Under the pieces are notes generated by a model. That model was not told where the DNA came from, did not search any database, and saw only the letters and a program-made list of their open reading frames with translations. 64,000 bases of DNA from the human T2T-CHM13v2.0 reference genome, Homo sapiens. The stretch is taken from the NCBI RefSeq assembly GCF_009914755.1, contig NC_060942.1. The stretch is one strand, 5' to 3'. Made by a program: the position numbers and the translations under genes. Position 1 is the first letter of the stretch; each line of letters begins with the position of its first letter. Positions 57,838 to 64,000 of the stretch are shown here, piece by piece.

Positions 57838-58725
57838 CCTAATATCTACTCTTGGCCTTGAATGTTGACTCTCTACATTACATACTACATTATCTTAAAA
57901 TAAGAACAAACCCCATGCTGCTCCCCTGATTAAAACTTTAAAGGATATTTCCATTGTTCTTAAAAAACAGATCAAAATATTTAACCACCCTGACTATTTG
58001 ACCAACCTCACCATGAACCTCTTCCATTACTCTCCATCCTGTAACAACACTGGCTTTCTTTTTGGTTTTAAAGTCATTTTATGTTCTCTCTTGTTTCAGG
58101 ACCTTTGCTTACTCTGTTTCTCTTCATGGACTGACTCTTTCACTCTCTGCTCACTTACAAAGTTAACTCCAACTGACCTTTTATGGTTCAGCAAATTTCT
58201 CAAGGAAACCTCTAGAAACAATAGGAAGGCCCTTTGTTTATAGTACCCTTTACTTGGCTCCTTTGTACACTTATTACAACTTAAGCAATTGTACAATTTG
58301 TGTTCTTCTATGCTGGTACGTAAGCTTAAAGGAATAGTTCTGTCTTGTTCACTGGTTTAGTCTGAAGAATTTTTCTATCACTCTTTTCCACAAAGCATGA
58401 AAGTGAAGGAGAGCAACAAATATTTGTTGAGTTAATAATTTAAAGAAATAAATTTAAAAAGTTTGTTTAGAATATTTATAGAAAATGGCAGTCCATTTGT
58501 TGTCTAAGATGCTTTAAAGGAATTATCACCAACAGGAAGAATAAACTGGATGACATTTTACAATCATCCCTTAACTCACTCTTTTGTTTTAAGATTTAAC
58601 TGTCTAAGATCTTGAAAATTCCTAAGAACAACTCTCTGAAGAATAAGTCCAAAGCTGGTTGCCCTTTCTTGTATTTGTTTCTGTTCATGTAAATCTCAAC
58701 AGTCATCCTATTTTTCAGGTTAAAC

Positions 58726-58958
58726 CAGGAAACTTAACATTTAGGAGATAAAGGTTCAGATAATTAGAAAATTGAAACAAACATCCAAATATCTAATTTA
58801 TATATACACATATGTATTGCATATATATATTGCATATTTATATGTATTGCACATACAATATATGCAATACATATGTGTATATATAAATTAGATATTTGGA
58901 TGTTTGTTTCAATTTTCTAATTATCTGAACCTTTATCTCCTAAATGTTAAGTTTCCTG
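58726..58958. repeat. Perfect 101-bp inverted repeat with 31-bp spacer
   Basis: 58726-58826 is the exact reverse complement of 58858-58958 (checked by hand). Confidence 0.97.
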
Positions 58959-60789
58959 ATATATATATATGCAATGCTTTTCCAACTTGTAAAGTTTGTC
59001 TCAGGGATGTCTGGGGCAGCAGCAGAGGGCCATGTATGCAACAGAGCATCTAGTGGAATAGTAACTAAAGTTATCAAATATCACCCAAAAACTTTATTAA
59101 CTTCGGTATATTTTTCAGAAAGCCTCCAGGAGCAGGCAGATGTCATTCTCCTATTTGCACTATTCCACTGCAGAGAACTAAAGTTTAAACTATCAGCTAC
59201 CTGTCATTTCTGGAATTGCTGCAGATAAAAACTCTTTGATGATTTCAGTTTTCTGCTGCTTGCTTGCAGGCTTACAGAGAATAATTGCTACCATAAGAAA
59301 CACTACTGAAATTGACAATAAAAACAGAATTTGGCTGGAAGTACATTGTAATTCTGTTCTATATTGGTGAGTTGCACTGCTGGGATGAGTGTTTGTTTAA
59401 AACCAAAACACCAAACAAAGCCCCAACTTTAATGAAAATGTTGTAGAGAGAATCATCGTTGAGATATTTATGGCTACTAGGATAGAAATTGTTTACTTGA
59501 AAGATAAAATTAGCTGCTTCTTAGAGTGAATTATTTGGGGAGTATAAACTGCTGCCAATATACTTGGACATGTCTGTAATGGTACAGAAAAGACAAAGAG
59601 TATGAAGTGTGAGTGAGGCATTTTGTGAAAAAAAAAATAGAGACCAAAGCAAGACAGTGTTTGTGTAGAAAAAAATTATAAGGGAAGTAGATATGAGAAA
59701 TAAGAGAAAGTAAGTTGACAAAACATATGAAAAGAGTAGGAATAAAGGAAAGAGAATAAAGAATGGATAAAAATATGTATGCAAGATTAAAATAGCTAAG
59801 TCCAGTTGTCACTATTTATTATATTTCCTTCCTACACTTTTGCTTATGTTCTTTTTCTGCTGGGATTGAAAAATATATATGTATAATTATATGTGATGAT
59901 AATTTAATAATTATTTCATATACACATGTCATAAATGTACTATTACCACCTGGGTAACTTTTGCACACAAGAAGCCATTATTGATGGACACTGATTTGTA
60001 CTAATGAACAATTGAGGGCAAGAGGGAAGAGAACCATCTATTTTGGAGAATTTCAGAATATGGTTTTGATCCCATAATGGCCAGTTGAAATTGTGTAATC
60101 TTGTTAGATAGACATGAATCATAGCTGAAATTAGTGTACCTTATAAAAGTTCCATATAAAGTTTTAGTCCCTTCCTTGGCACTTAATTACCTACAAGTTC
60201 ATCACTACTCCAATCTATAAGAACACATATTCTATAGCAAACAAATTGTTGAGTGAGAAGTAGCAAAAACAAACCTAAAGATAAAAAATTTGATTTTATC
60301 TGAATTTCTGGGCTCTTTATCTTCACCTTGTTAATATTAGGTATTTGTGATACACAGAACCTGCTTATAAGCAGTAGCATTAATTTTTTAAAGGTTCTGT
60401 GCTATTAGGGTAAGTTGGTATCAAAGGTTTTGATACTGGCCTTTCCAAAGGGGCTCAATAAATCAGATAAACACCAAAGTTACTGTTACACTATTAACTA
60501 AGGTAAAGCTGAATGTAAAATATTCTAAGGCAAGAAGAAAAACAGATTATCACAAAGTAACCCTGATTTAACAAGGAAGTAGAAAATAAAGGGATATAAA
60601 ATGATTTATTCATAAGAACAAATAAGTAAGAAACATTAGCAAATATTGATTTTAGAATCTATACTCTCTTAGTTTGACTAGGGCATCCCATAGAGCACCC
60701 CAAGTTATACTGAAGTCCCACAAAGACCTTTTCAGTTACCTCTTAATGATCTTGTTCTGTTATATCCGTCTGAGCTCCAAATGCAATCA

Positions 60790-60915
60790 CTGTGTATTGA
60801 ATATGCTGTATACAAGATGCTTCAATGAGAGCTTTCAAATATATTATACATGTAATCTTTCTAACAACCCAATGGATAATTATTAGTCCCATTTTACAGA
60901 GGAAGTAAATTTGAA
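60790..60915 (-). mobile_element. MIR fragment
   Basis: TAATCTTTCTAACAACCC...ATTAGTCCCATTTTACAGAGGA. Confidence 0.6.
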
Positions 60916-62012
60916 GGTAAAATAAAATAATTGGGTCAAGAATAATACCTATGTTGTGGTGGTATAGTGACTTCTGAAATGGATGAATGATAAGCACAGC
61001 AAATCCACTCCCATAAAGCAATAATAAAACTAGAAATAGATTGTCAAAACAACTTTTGGACACTGGACATTAAAAAGGGGTATACATTAAATTGGGAAGC
61101 ATTTGTTTAAGCAAAAAGTTTAAGGCTTAGTGAGAATATAGAAGGTATTCTATGTTTTAGCCTGGGATTACTATCATACCCACTCCAGGTTCAAGACATT
61201 GAAATAGAATATAGGACAAGAACCACATAATCATCTCAATAGATGTGGAAAAAAAGATTCGATAAAATTTAACATCTATTGATGATAAAAACTCTCAACA
61301 AACCAGAAATAAAAGAAAATGCCCTCAACCTGATAAAAGACCTCTACAAAACAGTTGAAATTATACTTAATGGTGAAAGACTAGATATTTTCCCACTAAA
61401 CTTGTTAAGGATGTCAGTCTCACCACTTCTATTCAACATGATATTAGATGTTTGAGCCATTGCAGTCAAGAAATATAATACAAACCAGTCAGGATGCAAG
61501 AGGTAAAACTGTCTGTATTCACAGATGACATAACTTTATATTGAGAAAATCCTAAGGAAACCACATAAAACCAAAGAAAGAAAAAAAAATGAGTTCAGTA
61601 AGGATGCAAAATATAAGATCAATACAAAAAAATCAATTGTTTTACATATACTAGCAATGAGCAATCCAAAACTGAAATTAAAAATAATTTCATTGAAAAG
61701 AGGACCACAAAATTAAACAACTAGTATTAAATTCAAGAAAAAAATGGTGAAGCTTTTACACTGAAAACTACAAAATATTGCTAGAGAAATTATATAAGAC
61801 CTGAATAAAGGGAATGCCATTTTACATTCATGGATTAAAAGACTCAATATAGATGGCAATTTTTCCCCAAACTGGTCAATAAATTCCATGTTACCCCTAT
61901 CCAAATACTTGCAGGCCCCTCCCCTCTCCTCCCCTCCCCTCCCTTCTGCCCTTCCTCCCTCCTTCCCTTCTTTTTTTTCTTTCTTTCTCCTTCTTTCTTT
62001 CTTTTTCTCTTC

Positions 62013-62373
62013 TTATTTATTTTATTTTATTTTATTTTATTTTATTTTATTTTATTTATTTTATTTTATTTTATTTTATTTTTATTTTTTGAGACGGAGT
62101 CTTGCTCTGTCGCCCAGGCTGGAGTACAGTAGCGCGATCTCGGCTCACTGCAAGCTCCGCCTCCTGGGTTCACGCCATTCTCCTGCCTCAGCCTCTCGAG
62201 TAGCTGTGACTATAGGTGCCCGCCACCATGCCCGGCTAATTTGTTTTTATTTTTTTTAGTAGAGATGGCGTTTCACCATGTTGGCCAGGATGGTCTAGAT
62301 TTCCTGACCTCTTGATCCCCCACCTCAGCCTCCCAAAATGCTGGGATTACAGGCGTAAGCCACTGCGCCTGCC
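62013..62373 (-). mobile_element. AluY with (TTTTA)n tail, embedded in a pyrimidine microsatellite
   Basis: GCAAGCTCCGCCTCCTGGGTTCACGCCATTCTCC diagnostic; tail 62013-62090. Confidence 0.94.
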
Positions 62374-62443
62374 TGCCTTTCTTTCTTTTTCTTTCTTTCT
62401 TTTTCTTTCTTTTTCTTTCTTTTTCTTTCTTTTTCTTTCTTTT

Positions 62444-62495
<52 letters not shown>

Positions 62496-62577
62496 TTCTT
62501 TCTTTTTCTTTCTTTTTCTTTCCTTTCTTTCTTTCTCTTTTCTTTTCTTTCTTCCTTTTTCTTTTTTTATTTTTCTT
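62374..62577 (+). repeat. Complex (CTTT/CTTTTT)n polypyrimidine repeat
   Basis: ~200 bp almost entirely C/T; a second C/T tract lies at 61916-62012. Confidence 0.92.
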
Positions 62578-64000
62578 ACAGAAATTGGCAAGCTGACCTA
62601 AATTTATGTGGAAATAAAAAGAATCTAGAATGGCCAAAACAATTTTGAAAAAAAAATTGGATAACTGATAATTTACAATTTTAAAATACATTATAAAACT
62701 ACAGTAACCAACACAATGTGTTATAGGCATAAACTAGGCGCACAGATTAACAAAACAGAATCAAGAGTTCAGAAATAAACATGTATTATGGTAAATTGAT
62801 TTCTGATAGTGTCAAAGTAATTCCAAGAGAAAACTATAATTTTTCACAACATATGCAATATATGAACATGTTATGCTAATATGAACATATTGTGCTAAAT
62901 GAAAGAATCTGGCTACAAAATAACATATATTGTATGCATCAATTTGTATGAAATGTCCAGAATAGGCAAATCCATATGGACAAGAAATAAATTATCAGTA
63001 GTCTAAACCTAGAAGTGGAAAAGAGGTCTGACTTCAAGAATGGAGTAAGAGATATTTTTAATCTGATGGCAACTTTCTAAAACTAAGTGGTCGTGATGTT
63101 TGCATAATTTGGTAAGCTTATTAAAAATCATTGAATTGTACACATAATATGAGCAAATTTCATTATAGGTAAGACTTACACAAAGCTGTTTTTCGAAAAA
63201 ACATTGGCTACCATTTATTAGCCACCTCTTTGTTTCATGAAAAAGCCTATGTGCTTCAACATTTTTAAATTTAATTTTCAAATCTTCAGAAATGTTTTGT
63301 TTTTTTTTCAGATGGGGAAACTGAAACTCATAAGGTTAAATAGCATGCTCTAGCTTTCTAGGCTAGCAAAGCCTAACAAACTAATAATGCTTTCTAAGGC
63401 TATAGTATAGTGGGTAAACAAGGCAAATATTTATTGAAATGTATTAAGTAGATGATGATTTAGGGGATGATAATTTCATTACTCTGTATATTTCCTTTAA
63501 ATATGTAATTTTTCTACTACATTGACAGAATTTGATTATCATTATATATATTAACATATATACTGAACCTTGGACATACAAATATTTTCTGAAGGCCTGA
63601 ATCAGAGGATTGGTGTATAGATATTGAGAATGGCCCATTTCTTGTATTCAATTATAAGCACTTCTAAATTTCTGAAAAGCATTTAAATTTCTTTTTTGTT
63701 TGTTTGTTCCATAACTTGACTTATTACTATCTTTTAATAACATTGAGGTACTCCTGAGTAAATTTTGGTTGTTGGTCTTAAACTAGTTTAAACTAGAGGA
63801 TGAATTGATCATCCAGGGTAGTTCCGTTTAATCACAGAGCAGCTTAACAATTGAAAAAATATATAGAAAACCTGAAGATGCACACACACAAACACACACA
63901 CACATAACTTAGTCCTTTCCTACATCTGTATTGATTTCTTCTATAGGCCTCGTTTCATAATGTGCCCTGGAAATTAAAGTATCTGTTTAGTTCCAATAAG

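Larger units (their letters stand above)
54430..58440 (+). mobile_element. L2 LINE 3' region, split by MLT1A and Ricksha/MER11
   Basis: L2-like pieces at 54600-54825, 55190-55300 and 57840-58440, ending AACAAATATTTGTTGAGTTAAT. Confidence 0.6.
61205..63190 (+). mobile_element. Old L1M (MB/MC-like) ORF2 and 3' UTR fragments
   Basis: ACCACATAATCATCTCAATAGATG, ATACTTAATGGTGAAAGACT, TATTCACAGATGACAT (LFxDD region), AAATGTCCAGAATAGGCAAATCCATA 3' UTR. Confidence 0.85.

Noticed and set aside
62312-62730. Lys/Glu/Arg-rich and Phe/Ser-rich ORFs
   Set aside because: They are read-throughs of the CTTT microsatellite.

Overview
Human (primate) non-coding, AT-rich, repeat-dense genomic DNA. I see no protein-coding gene; the supplied ORFs are Alu, LTR or microsatellite read-throughs, or chance ORFs. 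A (GATA)9 STR at 29571-29700 has flanks matching my recollection of the D18S535 primer pair, which would place the window in the 18q12.3 gene-poor region (to be confirmed by in-silico PCR). Contents: about 12 Alu/FLAM elements, MaLR LTRs (THE1/MST/MLT1), ERV1 solo LTRs (MER41-like, LTR1-like), an ERVK solo LTR (MER11), ERV-L gag and CR1/L3 RT fossils, DNA transposons (MER20, MER82, MER63, Ricksha/MULE), L1/L2/MIR fragments and microsatellites. The most unusual structure is a perfect 101-bp inverted repeat with a 31-bp patchwork spacer (58726-58958) in apparently non-repeat DNA. It has the junction signature of a recent replication template-switch. Also notable: a nested L2>(MLT1A, Ricksha>MER11) stack with intact TSDs, a trimeric AluJ, and an isolated strong G4/GC-box motif. 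I found no convincing evidence of a new multi-gene system. Repeat subfamily names are recalled from consensus sequences, not from a search.
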